From NCBI GenBank assembly GCA_030770535.1, contig JASVEC010000111.1:1-52660 (forward strand): 52,660 bases of DNA, read 5' to 3'. Source of the DNA: Batkoa obscura. Lineage: Eukaryota. Below, one piece after another: positions 1 through 13,847 of this stretch (the stretch's first letter is position 1; each line of letters starts with the position of its first letter). Made by a program: the position numbers and the translations under genes. A model generated the notes under the pieces. That model saw nothing but the letters and a program-made list of their open reading frames with translations, did not search any database and was not told the origin of the DNA.

Positions 1-2014
1 GATGGAATTTCATTAAAATCCTCATTAAAATCCTCGATTCATTGTACTTTATGTATCTTAAGAGAATTATTATTATGGAATCCAAGTAACTTTGGAGGTA
101 ACTTATCGCAATGTCATCGAAATTTAGTATTAAAAATAGGATCAAATATGAGGGAATTAATAGAATTGACTAAACATGAGATGTTTGTGCCAAAAGAAAT
201 CACAAACACAACAGGTACTTTTATACCCCTAGGAAAAATAAGACTTCAAATTGGAGAAATTTATCTTCAATTAATGAAAGCTTTATTTTATTATCAAAAT
301 TTAGCAAGTTCTTTATTACCAAGTAATAGACAAGTTAAGGGAAATAATCAAAATGAATTAGATGAGAACAAATCCATATTTGATAAAGAGGATAGTGACA
401 TTGATGAAAATAATATAGATAATAATGGATTGAATAGTTTATTAGAAGCTTTATCTATCAATTCAGATGATCAATCTATGACGAATATGAATAATAATAA
501 GACACATAAAAAAAAATTAAGTTTAAGCTTAAATAATTCATTATCAAAAGAAAAAACAATGGAAGAAAATAAAGAAGAAGATAAAGAAGTAATAGATAAT
601 AATAATAGTAATAATGAAACTAACAATCAACAACAACAAAAATTATCGGCATTTAATCCATTACAATTAGAACTAATAACTTATCATTATGAACTTAATA
701 CAATAATTATAAATCATTTTATTAATGAAAACATAATTGATTGGTTAACTGATTTATTTTTTGAATATAAATGGAATAACTTTTATCATTCTATATTTGT
801 TGAATTAATTCATTTAATCTTTAATTGGGAATTATTAGAATTAACACCAGATAATCTATTAACTCCTCAACTATCTCAAGGCATTAAATTAATTGAATAC
901 TTATTAAAAGAATGTCAATTAATTAGTAAAATTATTAATTTACATGAGGATAATATAAGAAGAGAAAAGAGTATTCCTAGTATTGGTAATTTGGGTTATA
1001 TTCTTCAATTAGGTAATACAATTCAACAATTTTTAATTAATAATCAACAATTGAATTTTGATGAAATTAAAAATATTAAACAATTAATTTTAAATCAGGG
1101 ATGGGATAAGTATTATAATACAATCTTATCTCCAATTGAAATTAAATTAAATAATAATAATAATAATAATAATTCTATGTTTAATAATAATAAATTAATT
1201 CAATTAATTAATCAAAATAATTATGATTATACAATGAATGATTATGATTATGATTATGATGAAGAGAATGATGAAGAGAATGAAAATGAAAATGAAAATG
1301 AAAATGAAAATGAAAATGTTTTAGATTTAAGTAATAATATTAATCATAATGATGATGATGAAGATGAAGATGATGAAGATGATGATGATTATATTATCAA
1401 TCAACATACTAATTTAGATTATTCATCAGAATATATTGATATTGATAGATCTAGTTTTGATGATGAAGATTTAAATGTAAGTTTAATTTTAATTCAATTT
1501 AATTTGAATCGTAATTTATCTTAATTTAATATATTTCAAATATTTACTATTATTAATTTTAATAGAAACAATACTATGACGAAAGAGAAAGTGAATCAGA
1601 TGAAGATGATTTAGCTTGGTTAAATAATCATAATGGATATAAAAATGAAATTATTGGTGGAGGAGGATTGATGCGTTCTTTTGCTAGTGATGACATTAAT
1701 TTATTATCAGATAAAATCTTCCAAGAATTAATAAATAAAGAAGAGAAGGTAAGATCTTTATTATTAATTATAATTATTAATTATTAATTATTTAGAATGA
1801 ATTTAGAACTATTGAAAATGATGTTATTCAATTTGAATTAGATTTAGAACCTAATGAAAGTGAAGTCACTTTAAATGAAGAATTGAATTATAATGAAAAT
1901 TTAAAGTTTAATGAATTGGAATTTAATAATGAAGTAATTAATGGACAATTGGAAGCACAAGACTTACTAATTATAGAAAAAGCAGGCACTAATGAAAATG
2001 AAAATGAAAAATAG
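1..2014 (+). CDS. SAPS-family (SIT4-associated / PP6 regulatory subunit) protein, 3' part
   Basis: ORF 148-1524 contains PLGKIRLQIGE, LFFEYKWNNFYHS and GNLGYILQLGN, typical of the SAP155/185/190 family. Acidic/Asn low-complexity tail continues over GT-AG introns 1477-1565 and 1749-1795 to TAG at 2012-2014. Gene start lies upstream of the window. Confidence 0.8.
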
Positions 2015-2873
2015 ATTAAAAATATAATAAGAGTTAATATAATAAGTATTTTTGTGACTTTTAATTTAATTTGACGTTGAAAGTAAATGTTTTTTGGATA
2101 AATTGATTTTTATGTTGTTTTTTAATCTATTCTTTATTTTTTACTTTAATATTTTTAACTTTTAATTGATAAGAATATGAATCAATAATATAATAGGATG
2201 ATAAGGATATGAATTCATATTATAACTCGTTTATAATAAACATAATTGATAAATCATATTATAGTAATTAAATTACTTCAATAAAACAATTGTGTTAAAG
2301 TCAATTATTTTGTTTTATATTTTAATTTACAAAAGTTTAATTAATTTATTATGTAAATCCAGTCAAATTTTAGAATCAATTTTAAAAAAGTTAATATTAT
2401 TCAAGGTTCAATAAAAGTTGAATGCATTTTAAAAACTGATGTTAACAAGATTAATATTATAGTTATTACTAAGTTTAATGACATAGATATTAGATATGAA
2501 TATAAAACAGTATTAATTAATGCATTTTAAATTAATGAAAACTATATAAATGATTATGTATCTTTGTTTAGATTTCTTTTTATTGAAATTTATTGAATTT
2601 ATCTTATCTTATCTTATTACTTGTGTTAATTTAATTTAATCCAAATAGCACCTTTTCCCTTAAAGTTGTTTAAGAAGGTTTTGTAGCTTCCTATTGACCT
2701 TATTTAAGCATTTGACTTATCTTTTAATAACTTACCAATTACTGTATTACTAGACTTAAAAGATTCAATACCTTTATGACTTACATATTCAAAGTGATTC
2801 TTTTTTATTATTGAGTTATTTGAAATTGATTTAATTAATTTTGTTTTAAAAATCAATTATAGCTTTAAAACAT

Positions 2874-2972
2874 GGGAATGTATTTTTGTGTTTAAGAATT
2901 TTACTAACAATATTTCTATTCAAACAGTGCTTAAAAGACAGAGAAAGTGATAAAACTAAAAAAAATACCCCC
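2874..2972 (+). mobile_element. MITE family A copy (Sola-like, ~100 bp)
   Basis: GGGAATGTATTTTTGTGTTTAAGAATTTTACTAAC...AAAATACCCCC, matching the other copies; flanks ACAT/AAAT. Confidence 0.85.
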
Positions 2973-3162
2973 AAATATTAAAATTTTAATAAGTTAATTT
3001 GATATTATTGAACAACTTTATTAGAGCATGCAAATTTTCTTGTATTTTAACTAAGTTATAGTTAGTTAAAATCAATCAATCAAGAGGATCATTAAGTTGC
3101 ATCAAACTTTTATTATTAAAAATAAAAAAGGGATAACCAAAGATAGCTAAAGATAAGATTAG

Positions 3163-3515
3163 TTAATATCTATTTTCCATTAAGTAATCCAAAAGTTAAG
3201 AAATAGTGGATACAGCATCACCAAGTTGAGATTTTCCATTATAAATATCAATAATAATCTGATTTGTTTTATAAATAATAGCACCATCTGTCTTATCATA
3301 CATATACTTCTTTTTATTAATTATAATATCACCAGGAAAAAAGTATTTAGGTTATCAAGCCCTTTAATAATGATCAATTTTTTTTCTGGTTCAAGATATA
3401 AACCTTTAGAAATTCCCAAAACGTCATCATTTTGACTATTAATAATAGTAGCGCCTACAAGGCAAAGGCGACTTGAACCTACTAATTTATCATCAACATA
3501 GTCTTGTAAAAACAT
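3163..3515 (-). pseudogene. profilin pseudogene
   Basis: Reads MFLQDYVDDKLVGS...GLDNLNTFF, frameshifts in a T-run, then PGDIIINKKKYM...IYKTNQIIIDIYNGKSQLGDAVSTIS*LLDYLMENRY*. Profilin N- and C-terminal motifs with an in-frame stop; no intron seen. Confidence 0.75.
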
Positions 3516-4369
3516 TGTTTTATTATTATTATTATTATTATTCAAATAGGAAAATTGTGTTTAAAAAATTGAAATGGTTTATTACAGGAACAATTTCACA
3601 ACTAGTATATCCCGTATTCTGACAAAAACAAATCGACAGACTTTTAATTATTTAATTTATTCAACAGTCCTTAATATACTATCAAGAATCACGATTGGTA
3701 GTTCTCCGTTCTCTTAATTGTAATTGATTTTAAGATTTAAATAAAGGTAATTACTTTCATAAAGTATATTAGTTTCTCAATTAGTTCCTCAAAACAACTA
3801 GGTAGCTATCAATGCCAACCTTTTAGAATATAATCAATATTAATATAAAGTTTATAATAAATTAATTTTATTTTATTTGGTATACAATATTATCATAATG
3901 ATTTTTAGGTTCTTTTTACCTATTTAACAATATTAGAAATCTCAAATTTATGTCATATTATAATTTTTTATTTTTTATCTAAATTAGTATAAATAGATTA
4001 AAGTAAGCATATATAGTCATATATTATACTTTTAATGAATTCTTATTAGTCTTATTATTTTAAACTTATTATTTTAAAGTTAGCGTAAAATTTACAATTC
4101 ATTCTATAAAAAGTGATAACTTATATTATGCCATCAATTTTCATCCTATATAACTTAATAGTCTTTGACATACCTTGTACTCTATATTAATGACTGTATT
4201 TAACATGGACTGTTGCTTCATTAACAAGGAACATTTATATTAATATTTATTGCTTATTAATTTGTTTATTCTTATTAATAGAGATATTTTCATTTCATTT
4301 CATTTCATTTTATAAATGATTATAATATGATATTTGGAGTGGTTTAATGATTTTTTGAGCAAAAGAGAT

Positions 4370-4470
4370 GGGGATGTATTTTTATGTTTGAGAATTTTAC
4401 TAACAATTTTTCCATTCAAATAACGCTTAAAAAATAGAAAAGTAATAAATCGAAAAAAAAAAACATCCCC
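4370..4470 (+). mobile_element. MITE family A copy
   Basis: GGGGATGT...ACATCCCC termini, perfect non-palindromic AGAT/AGAT duplication. Confidence 0.9.
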
Positions 4471-5111
4471 AGATGTTAAACATGTTCTGTAAAAAACAGT
4501 CCTCGGAACTCCCAATTTATTTAGTTATGTATTTTATATAAAAAAGACGATACTCTGAATATGTATCTATTAAATTTAAATTTAATGTCTTTTGTTTAAT
4601 GTATATAGTGTATTATTTTAAATAATACAGCTTTTGTGCACTAATTTGTGCAAGTTGAATCTATGGTTTATTTTCATGATTTATCAAACTGGATGATTAC
4701 TACATTGATAAGTAGTTATTTATTATATCACTTAATGAATCAATAAAAATAGGGATAATCAAGTATTTAGTTAAAAAATCGAAGCCTTTTAATTGAAGAA
4801 TACAGCCCAGTTTTAACTAAAATATTGGTATTAATAGAAACTGTAAAGTAAATGTAGAATACTAAAAAAAAGCTAGTATTTTCGATTAATTCTCAACTAA
4901 ATCAATTAAAAGTGTTTTTTATTTATATCTTTGGCTAATAATCGTTTTTGGAGTTTATGTCGCACAAAAATGAGCAAAAAAGGAAAACCGAACTACTAAT
5001 GTTGAATTTGAGTTTTGATCTTTAAATTTATCCACATAAAATATTCTAATTAACTGCACATGATTTACTTTCATTTTTATTGTCAACATTACTTATCAAC
5101 AAACAATATAT

Positions 5112-5210
5112 AGGTGTATTTTTTTTAGCCTCATCACTTTTTTCATCTTTTAAGCACTATTTGAATGGAAAATTTGTTAATAAAATTCTTAAACGTAAAA
5201 ATACATCCCC
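5112..5210 (-). mobile_element. MITE family A copy
   Basis: Reverse orientation, ATAT/ATAT flanks, ~140 bp upstream of the ATG at 5348. Confidence 0.9.
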
Positions 5211-5347
5211 ATATAAAAAAAATCGATTTCAATTCCTGAGCTTTAAATTTAATGTTTATTTTTGACTAATTACAAAATCAAAAAATTTCATTTTCCAATA
5301 ATTTTACTTTTGCACTCTTTAAACCTTAAAAAAGTCCAATATTAAGT

Positions 5348-6611
5348 ATGCAAGTATTGAAGAAAATATTACAATTTCGACAGCCATTTTTAAGTAAATC
5401 AACTTTAATAAACAAAACTTTAGTACCTCACTTTACTCGACTTTCCATTATTAATCGTCACTATGCTTCCGATAGTAAATTCAATTCAAACTTAACTTCA
5501 GGATTTGATCAAAGTTATATATTTAATTCTGGACAAGGTAGAAGTTTAACAGATATTAAATATCGAACCGTTTGTTTACAATTATTTTTGGCAAGATGGG
5601 GTATTGAAGCAGCGATTAAAAATGGAGCTTCAGGTAAGTTAGAATTAATATTTTTAATTTGAACTGAGAGATATTAATAGTAAATTTATTAATTTAGGTG
5701 ATAGAATAGAGTCTGCTGATAGAGGTATTCAAAATGCAATAAGTGCTTGTGAGTTAAAGGAGAAGTTTAGTAATAAGGTAAGTTTTGATATGGAAATAAT
5801 TGAAAAAATTTATAAATTTAAATTTAAATTTAGGAGTTTCAATATTTAATTAAGCCATTAGGTACATGGAGTGATATGGAATTAAATGAAAATAGTTGGT
5901 CATGGGAAGATTTTGGTAAGTATTTATTTTTGTATTATGTTTTTATATATGAAGAAGAATCTTTAATGGATTTATTTCAAAGGTATGTTACAATGGACAT
6001 TAGGTATTATTGATAAATTACCTGAAATCAATTTCAACTTTTCCAAAGGTAATTTATTTCAAAATACAATGATACAACCAAATCAACCTGAATCAATCCT
6101 TAATTTCTTAAATCAAATCAAATTTAACCCACAAGAAGATGATACGATCACTGACTCGTTAGCTAAAATGGAATTATGGCATTGGCGTAGTCAATCCCAA
6201 ATGTTACTAAATTTAAAAAAATTAAAATCAGAAATTTTTAATGAAGAAGTAACTGAAGACGATAGCTTAGAAATAACTGATTTTTCTCAATTACCAGTTG
6301 GTTTAAGAAAAATGATCAATGATTTACCAAAAGCAATTGAACAAACTACGAACTTGGCATTTGAAAAAGGATTATTAGTGGAAAAAATTGATAACGATTT
6401 TGGTATTATTGACAAAGAGGGGATATTAACATCATTTGGTAAATTAAATGAAGAAGCTACTGATGAAATTTTAAAGATATCGGAAACTAGATTACATACA
6501 TTGACATATTTGATGGGTAATTTGGAGTGGGATGATACTGTTTCTAGATTAGGAGATGATGATAGAGGTTTAAATAATTTACCAAATGTTTGGAAGCCAG
6601 AAGAAAATTAG
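5348..6611 (+). CDS. DUF4272-like protein with putative mitochondrial presequence
   Basis: Exons ~5348-5633, 5698-5777, 5834-5915, 5983-6611 (GT-AG introns, frame preserved). Motifs WSWEDFGMLQWTLG, ELWHWRS and ETRLHTLTYLMGNLEWDD resemble bacterial DUF4272. The N-terminal ~40 aa are Arg/Lys/Ser/Leu-rich with no acidic residues. Confidence 0.65.
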
Positions 6612-7152
6612 AGAAGGAGAATGAAATTTAATTAAAAATATTTTTATAAAGTTTATTAAGAATATTCTTATATTTTATAACAATTATAAAATGAATAAAA
6701 GTATTGAAATTAAAGAAAATAATATTAAATAATTTGTAAGTTAGTTGTATTACAATATTTATAATATTTATTTGACTATAAAAATAGTAACTCGAATATT
6801 TTCTTTATTTTAAATAGATATTATTTAATTTTGAATGTTTTATTTAAACTCAAACTTCTCAATTTTAAATAAAATATTAGTCTATTTGTTAGAACTACTT
6901 AGAGTGGTTTCAATAGTTTTTAGTAATAATTTATTATTATTGTTTTAATATCCTTCCAACTTTGTTTTTTTTGAATACTTAAAAGCTTCAAGGTTTTTTA
7001 AATAATTTTCCTTAGAAATGAACCAAAATTTTAAAATAAGCAAAACTTAAGTAATTTTAACCAATAAATTTTTAGCTTCAATTTGTAAAATAATAAACTA
7101 TGAAAGTTATATTTTCATTTTGATACCTTTTTGCACAAAATAAGTTTCGAAT

Positions 7153-10100
7153 ATGCTTCGTAATAAAACATTTAATAAAAAAACTGGGAAAGGAAAAGTA
7201 GTCAAAGTAGTTACTGAACATTATCTTCGAGATGATATCTATTGTTCTATTGAAGGTTGTACTCAATGTCCATCAACTCAAGATATTAAATTAAATAATT
7301 TAACTGGTACCAAATCTATTGTGGGAAAAATAATTTCAAAACCTCATTATTTAATACCAGATACTAATGTGGTATTGAATCAGGTAAAAACAAGAAAAAA
7401 ATAGTATTCTTTTAATGAAAAATTAATCTTTTTTTATAGATGGATTTCTTAGATCAATTATCTAATGTCATTATATTAAGTACTGTTGCAGAAGAAGTAC
7501 GTAACTTAAGTAGTACAATTTATCTAAGAGTTAAAAATTGGTTTAATGATAAAGATAAAAAGTTTTTATTATTTTCTAATGAGCATCATAAGTAATTATT
7601 AATATAATTTCTATTATATTAATTTATTAAATTAATATTTTTTTAAAATTAGATCCACTTTTATTGAACGTTTACCAAATGAAAGCCCAAATGATAGAAA
7701 TGATCGAGGTAAATGAAAATGGTTATTATTTAGATTATTTAAATTATTTATTCATATAAATTATATAAGCTATCCGAGTAGCTACTCAATGGTTTAATAA
7801 TCATGTCAAACAAATTGGTGATTTAGAAGTAGTTATGTTATCTGATGATGCTGATAATAGAAGAAAAGCAGTGGCTGAAGGTTTATCTACTTTTTCAGGT
7901 AATATTAAATAATAATAATAATATAATAATAATAATAATAATAATTCAATTCAACTAAATAGCTTATGATTATGCTAAACAGATAAGTGATCGACCCAAT
8001 TTAATTGATTTAATTGCCGAAAAAAGTAATTTTAAAGATAAAGAAGAGATTAAATACGAAGAATATATATCATTAACGGCTATGAATGCTGGTATCAAAA
8101 ATGAAAAATATTTTAAAGGTAGTTTAAATATATCACAACATAATTATTTAGAAGGTTCAATTTATGGGAAAATTAATGGAGAAGAAAGAAATATCTCAAT
8201 AATTGGTAGAAAATATTTGAATCGAGGTATTCATGGAGATATTGTTTGTGTTGAATTATTACCTCAAAATGAATGGGGCATTACAGAATCTATAGTAATT
8301 ACTAATGAAGAAGATGAAAAGGAATTGGAAAAGATTAATAATAATAACATAATTATTAATAATAAAGATGCTCAACCATGTGGTAAAATAGTAGGTATTA
8401 TTAAAAAAAATTGGCGACCATATTGTGGATTTATTGATAAAAGTAGTATTAAAGGAAATATTAACAATAATATAGATAATAAAGAGGTATCTATTGGAAA
8501 TACTCAATTTGTATTATTTCAACCATTAGATAATAAAATACCTAAAATAAAAATAAGAACAAGACAAGTTAATCAATTATTAAATCAACGAATTATTGTA
8601 AGTATTGATTCATGGAATACAACATCTAAATATCCTATGGGACATTTTATTAAATCGTTAGGTGAAGCAGGTGATAAAGATACAGAAACTGAAGTATTAT
8701 TATTAGAACATGATGTACCTCATTATGAATTTTCAACTAATGTATTATCTTGTTTACCAAAAGAAGGAGATTCATGGAAAGTACTAGATGAACATGTTAA
8801 AAATAGAATGGATTTTAGAGAATTAGATATTTGTTCTATTGATCCTCCAGGTTGTACTGATATTGATGATGCTTTACATGCTAGAAAATTACCCAATGGT
8901 AATTATGAAGTAGGAGTTCATATAGCTGATGTTACTTATTTTGTTAAGCCAGGGACTGTAATGGATAAAGAAGCTGCTAATAGATGTACTACTGTTTATT
9001 TAGTTAATCAAAGAATTGATATGTTACCTGGATTATTAGGTACTAATTTATGTTCATTAAAAAGTAATGTAGAAAGATTAGCATTTTCTTGTGTTTGGGA
9101 AATGAATGAAAAAGCAGAAATCATTAATACTAAGTTTATGAAATCAGTAATAAAATCCAAGAAATCTTTTACCTATGAAGAAGCACAAAAACAAATTGAT
9201 GATTTGAATCAAAAAGATTCATTAACTCAAGGGATTCGACAATTAAATAAATTTGCTAAATTATTAAAAGCTAAAAGATTAGAAGCTGGGGCATTAACTT
9301 TATCTTCACCAGAAGTAAGATTTTCATTAGAAAATGAATCCCAAGATCCAGTTGATGTAGAAATGAAAGAATTACATGATACCAATGCATTAGTAGAAGA
9401 ATTTATGTTGTTAGCTAATATTTCAGTAGCTAAAAAGATATATACAACTTTTCCATTATGTGCTTTATTAAGATCTCATCCTACCCCACCACCGGTTAAT
9501 TTTGAAAATTTAAATCAAGCTTTAAAAAGGTTAAATGTTTGTTTAAAATATTCCAGTTCTAAAGAGTTAGCAGATTCGTTAGATGCTATTAATATTCCAG
9601 AAGATCCTTATCTTAATAAATTAGTTAGAATATTAACAACTAGATGTATGATGCAAGCCCAATATTTTTCATCTGGTTCTGTACCACAAGAAGAATTTAA
9701 ACATTATGGGTTAGCTACTGATATTTATACTCATTTTACTTCACCTATTAGAAGATATTCAGGTAAAATTTAAAATGAATTTATTTATTTATTTATTTTA
9801 TAATTAATTAATTAATTAATTATTTTTATTTCAGATGTTATTGTTCATCGATTGTTGCATGCATCTATTGATGTAGATCATCCATTAGATCCTGCCTTAT
9901 TAAATAAACAAGGCATGGAAGAACAATGTAAAAGTAAATATAATTTAATTTATTTTTAATAGAAATTTAATTTATTAATTATTATTATAATAGCTTTAAA
10001 TAACCGCCATCGCAATGCTCAACAAGCAGCACGTGGGTCTGTAGAGTTATTCACTCATTTGTATTTTAAAGGCAAAACAGTAGTAGAAGATGGATATGTT

Positions 10101-10460
10101 ATTAAAGTATTAAAGAATGGGTTTGTAGTATTAATACCTAAATATGGAATTGAATCCATTGTTCATATTAACCAAAAAGAATCTGAAAAGAATGAAAAAT
10201 TGATTGTTTATGAATTTGATGAAAATGAAAAAATATTGAGATTTGAAAATAAAACTGAGATCTTTTTATTTTTAAAGGTGAAAGTACAGCTAGAAATTAA
10301 TCAAACTAATAGAGGGGGTGGTGATGGTGGACTGAAACAGAATTTAGTAGTTAAGTTATTGGAACCAGAGATTGAAAATAAAGGAAATAAAGAAAATCAA
10401 ATTAGTAAAGTAGATGAGAACGATAAAGTGGCCACAAAACTTCGAAGGTTGGAGCTTTAA
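7153..10460 (+). CDS. DIS3: exosome catalytic subunit Dis3/Rrp44 (PIN + RNB + S1)
   Basis: N-terminal EHYLRDDI plus Cys cluster, PIN motif PDTNVVL, RNB motif SIDPPGCTDIDDALH, HFTSPIRRY; multiple GT-AG introns join ORFs 7153, 8082 and 10059. Confidence 0.97.
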
Positions 10461-10625
10461 TAAGAGAAATAGAAATAATAAAGTAGTGTTATATTATAAA
10501 TAAAACAAATAGAAAAATTGAAGAATAAAAATTTGATAAAATTTGATTGGTTTATTTTAGACTCTCTTAAATTATAACTATAATTATAACTATAATTATA
10601 ATTACTATTATTATTTAAATATTTA

Positions 10626-11340
10626 ATGAAATTTAATAATTTACCTAAACTAATTGTAGTCGATTTAGATTATACAATCTGGCCATTTTGGGTAGATTGT
10701 CATATATCTGGAGCTCCCTTTAAAGTTAATAATAAGGGTTTAGTGGTTGATAGGTAATTAGAATTTTTAAATAATGATAGGATAAAATCTGCTGAAAAAG
10801 AACTTATTTTTTGAATTTCATTAGATCTGGTTTTGTAGTCAAACTTTATCCATATGTTGCTAGTATATTAATCTTTTTAAAATGTGAATTAAAATTAGAT
10901 TTAGCTATTGCTTCACGAACCCCAGAACCAGTATGGTAAATTGATTTTTATTTACTTAATTAGAATCAATTTAACTTTTTTCTTTAAATAGGGCTCAAGG
11001 TATATTAGAAAAAATGACCATATCAGCAACTGAAGAACAATTAAAAAAATTATATGTTTCTTTTAATCTCGACCCACCTTCAGAGTTATCTCAAAATTTA
11101 CTTCAACCTTACGCTATGTTGGATCTATTTGAATCCGTTCAAATGTATCCAGGGAACAAAATACCACATTTTAATAAAATCAAAAAGGAGACAGGATATG
11201 AGTTTCAAGAAATGGCTTTCTTTGATGATGAACCAAGGAACATTAAAGATGTTAATGGGTTAGGAGTGAGTACTTTATTAGTGGGAGAGAAGGGATTGAA
11301 TGTCAATGCGTTACTAGAATTATTGGAAGGATATAAATAA
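10626..11340 (+). CDS. MDP1: magnesium-dependent phosphatase 1 (HAD superfamily)
   Basis: ATG 10626 reads MKFNNLPKLIVVDLDYTIWPFWVD; later ASRTPEP, YPGNKIPHF and FFDDEPRN; two introns. Confidence 0.9.
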
Positions 11341-11568
11341 ATTTGGGAGTTAAATAAGTTTAATAGTTATCAATTTGAAATTAAATAAAAATAAAATAAA
11401 ATCTTAAGTCATTATGTATTTTATTGTTTACATTAAAAAAGAGAATTTATTTCAAATTGCAAATAAAGTTAGTATAGCAAAAGAGAATCGATGTATCAAA
11501 AGAGTTAACAAACTGTAGCGTAATCAAGTGGATCAATCAAACTTTCCTTTATAAAACAGTGAATTGTC

Positions 11569-12676
11569 TTAAAATCCTAAAATTTAAAAAATTAAGTTGA
11601 AATTTTACAATAAAAATATCATTCACTTACCATATCTTTTCTTTGCTTCGTTTCTTGTTTTTTTATTTTTATTATAATAATCTTGCAACTCTTGATCCCT
11701 TGATTTAGCTTGATTAGCTAAATAAACAATATTATATCTTCTTTTACCAATACTAGGTAATTGATGCTAAAAAAAATAAAAAAATAGATCATTAAGTCAA
11801 TTCTATCTTCAAAAAATAATTACAATAAACTTACCCTATTGATATTAAACTCCGGTTGGATATCTTTCCCTTTTGTTAAGTTACCTATTGACTCTTCGTC
11901 ATTCAATTCTTGGTTCAAATCTATTTCTTGCATGTTTTGCATATTTTTTAACTCCTCCAACTCTTTTTTAGAGCCATTATAAATGGTATCTTCTAATTCA
12001 TCAGCTATCTGATCCCTAAAATATTGTTGTGCATGAAGGTTATCTTTATCTACTCGATAGATTTCATTTGTCTGATAGTAGGCAACTTCATCAATGGCAG
12101 TATTGGTTTCATGGTATTCTTGTTCCGATGTTATAGGTCGAGATAATTCTTCAATTTTACTTTCATCGGCGTAATTGTTGAAGCTTTCTGGATCTAAATT
12201 CAAAGTAATATTAAATCTTTAAATAAAAATGCTTTCTTTTTTAACTACTTACCAATTGGAAATAAACTATCTATACCTAATTCCTCTTCTTTTTTTTCTT
12301 CAACTTGTTTTTGTATATGACTATTGACCTTTTTCTTTATACTATTTGGAATAAATGCTGTCTCCTTTATAACTTCTTTTTTGATCTCTTTTGGTACAAT
12401 CCCCTTATCTTCCTTCCATTTTTCAGCTCCTTCATCCTCTTCTACTACTTTGACCTCTGGTAAAATATCAAATAATTTAGAGCCTCTACTAGTTGATTTT
12501 AATTTCGTAAAATGTAATTGTGGTTTTAATTTTATAGCTATTGGTTTAGATTCAGTTTCTTCATCAGAATCTTCTATTTTCTTTGGTTTGGTTAAGATGA
12601 TTTGATTTTTACTATTAACTTTGATTTTTTCATTCTCTTCTTCTGAAGAGGAGGAGTAGCCCAAAGCTAATGACAT
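11569..12676 (-). CDS. PRCC-like (mitotic checkpoint/spliceosome-associated) protein
   Basis: Starts MSLALGYSSSSEEE; C-terminal KRRYNIVYLANQAKSRDQELQDYYNKNKKTRNEAKKRYGF matches the PRCC C-terminal domain; three introns. Confidence 0.8.
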
Positions 12677-13328
12677 TTGTATATAATGTTAATTGAAAAT
12701 TAATCAAGATTTTTGTCTAAAAATGGATTTACTACCAATTATTTCAATATTAATGAGGCATTTTAAAATTTGCATTCGCTGAATTTAATCATGATGATTT
12801 TCTGAGTATAAAGTAAAAATACCTATCTTATGTTGAAATCAAATCTGCAGTAACAGTTTCTATAAGATATGGTTTATTATATTTGTAATTCTTGAATTGC
12901 TTTACTGATCTTAATAATTAAGCTAGAAACAATTAATTGGCCAAAGTTATATTAACTTTGGATAAGTCATTTTCAATTATGTTGATATATGTTAACACCC
13001 TAACACCGTTAAATATCATCAATAGCATCTAACGATTTTAAAGTGTAGGTAGGTAATTTTGAATAGCATTTTGATTAGCTGTTATTAGTAATAAAATAAA
13101 CAACTATGTCAACCATATAAGATTTAATTTAAAATGCAATCAGCCAATAATATTCCGATTTTAGCCAGTACTTTTAATTGTGATCCCATTGTAAAGGATA
13201 ATTTTATTAATAATAGTATACATTATAAACAGACACAAATATAGGATTTATGCCTATCTATTTCCAAATAGATAGCTATAGAAAATGTGGTTTTTGAGTG
13301 GCCTTTTTTTTAAACCAACTAACTGTAT

Positions 13329-13415
13329 CGGGATATTTTTTTTGGCTTCATTATTTTTCCACTCAAATAACGCTTAAAAGATGGAAAAAATAATGAAGCC
13401 AAAAAAAACATCACC
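13329..13415. mobile_element. MITE family A variant with two right ends (hairpin)
   Basis: The left ~32 bp is the reverse complement of the right end instead of the normal left end. Confidence 0.8.
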
Positions 13416-13419
13416 ACAT

Positions 13420-13847
13420 ATTAATAATAATACTATTTATTGATTTTTGTTTCTTGTTTCCTATTTCCTTTAAACCATTAATTTTATACATCACTTGGTT
13501 AGATTTATTATTATCAATAACAAACTTTAACATTTCTTTTGTTTTTATTTTAATAAAAAGTAAAGTTAAATAATTATACATATATATATTATATATCTAT
13601 TAAACATTGAATGAAAAAACAATTAAAGGGGATGTATTTTTTAAGAATTCTACTAGCAATCTTTTTACTCAAATAGTGCTTAAAAATAGAGAAAGTGATG
13701 AAATCAAAAAAAATATTGCTACTGAAATATAAGCCTTTAAATTAAATTTCTCTAATTTTAAGCTTTTGAATTATGTATTAAGGACTTACAAATTTAAAAC
13801 TTAAAAATTGAATTTAACTAAATTCTGAGATCAATCAGGGCATCCCC
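13420..13847 (-). mobile_element. decayed, internally deleted Sola-like element fragment (left end plus transposase 5' remnant)
   Basis: Minus strand begins GGGGATGCCCTGATTGATCTCAGAATTTA and aligns with 18966ff and 35586ff; 13420-13510 aligns with 19467-19550; interrupted by a MITE at 13628. Confidence 0.75.
13628..13720 (+). mobile_element. MITE family A copy (degenerate right end)
   Basis: GGGGATGTATTTTTTAAGAATTCTACTAGC...GTGATGAAATCAAAAAAA. Confidence 0.8.

Noticed and set aside
1150..1390. AAT, GAAAAT and GAT microsatellites in the SAPS gene (and intronic or intergenic AAT/TAT/ATATAA runs at 7910, 10575, 37550, 46790)
   Set aside because: Ordinary slippage-derived low complexity in an AT-rich genome.
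4300..5265. Short ORFs 4300-4515, 5080-5265 (and 17466-17657) with similar peptides (KILKHKNTSP)
   Set aside because: They are chance translations of MITE family A copies, not a peptide gene family.
8259..8507. Antisense or alternative-frame ORFs overlapping real genes (also 11054, 12324, 26924, 27191, 28250, 34201, 34304, 41917, 45676, 49308)
   Set aside because: Shadow ORFs of conserved genes with no independent motifs.
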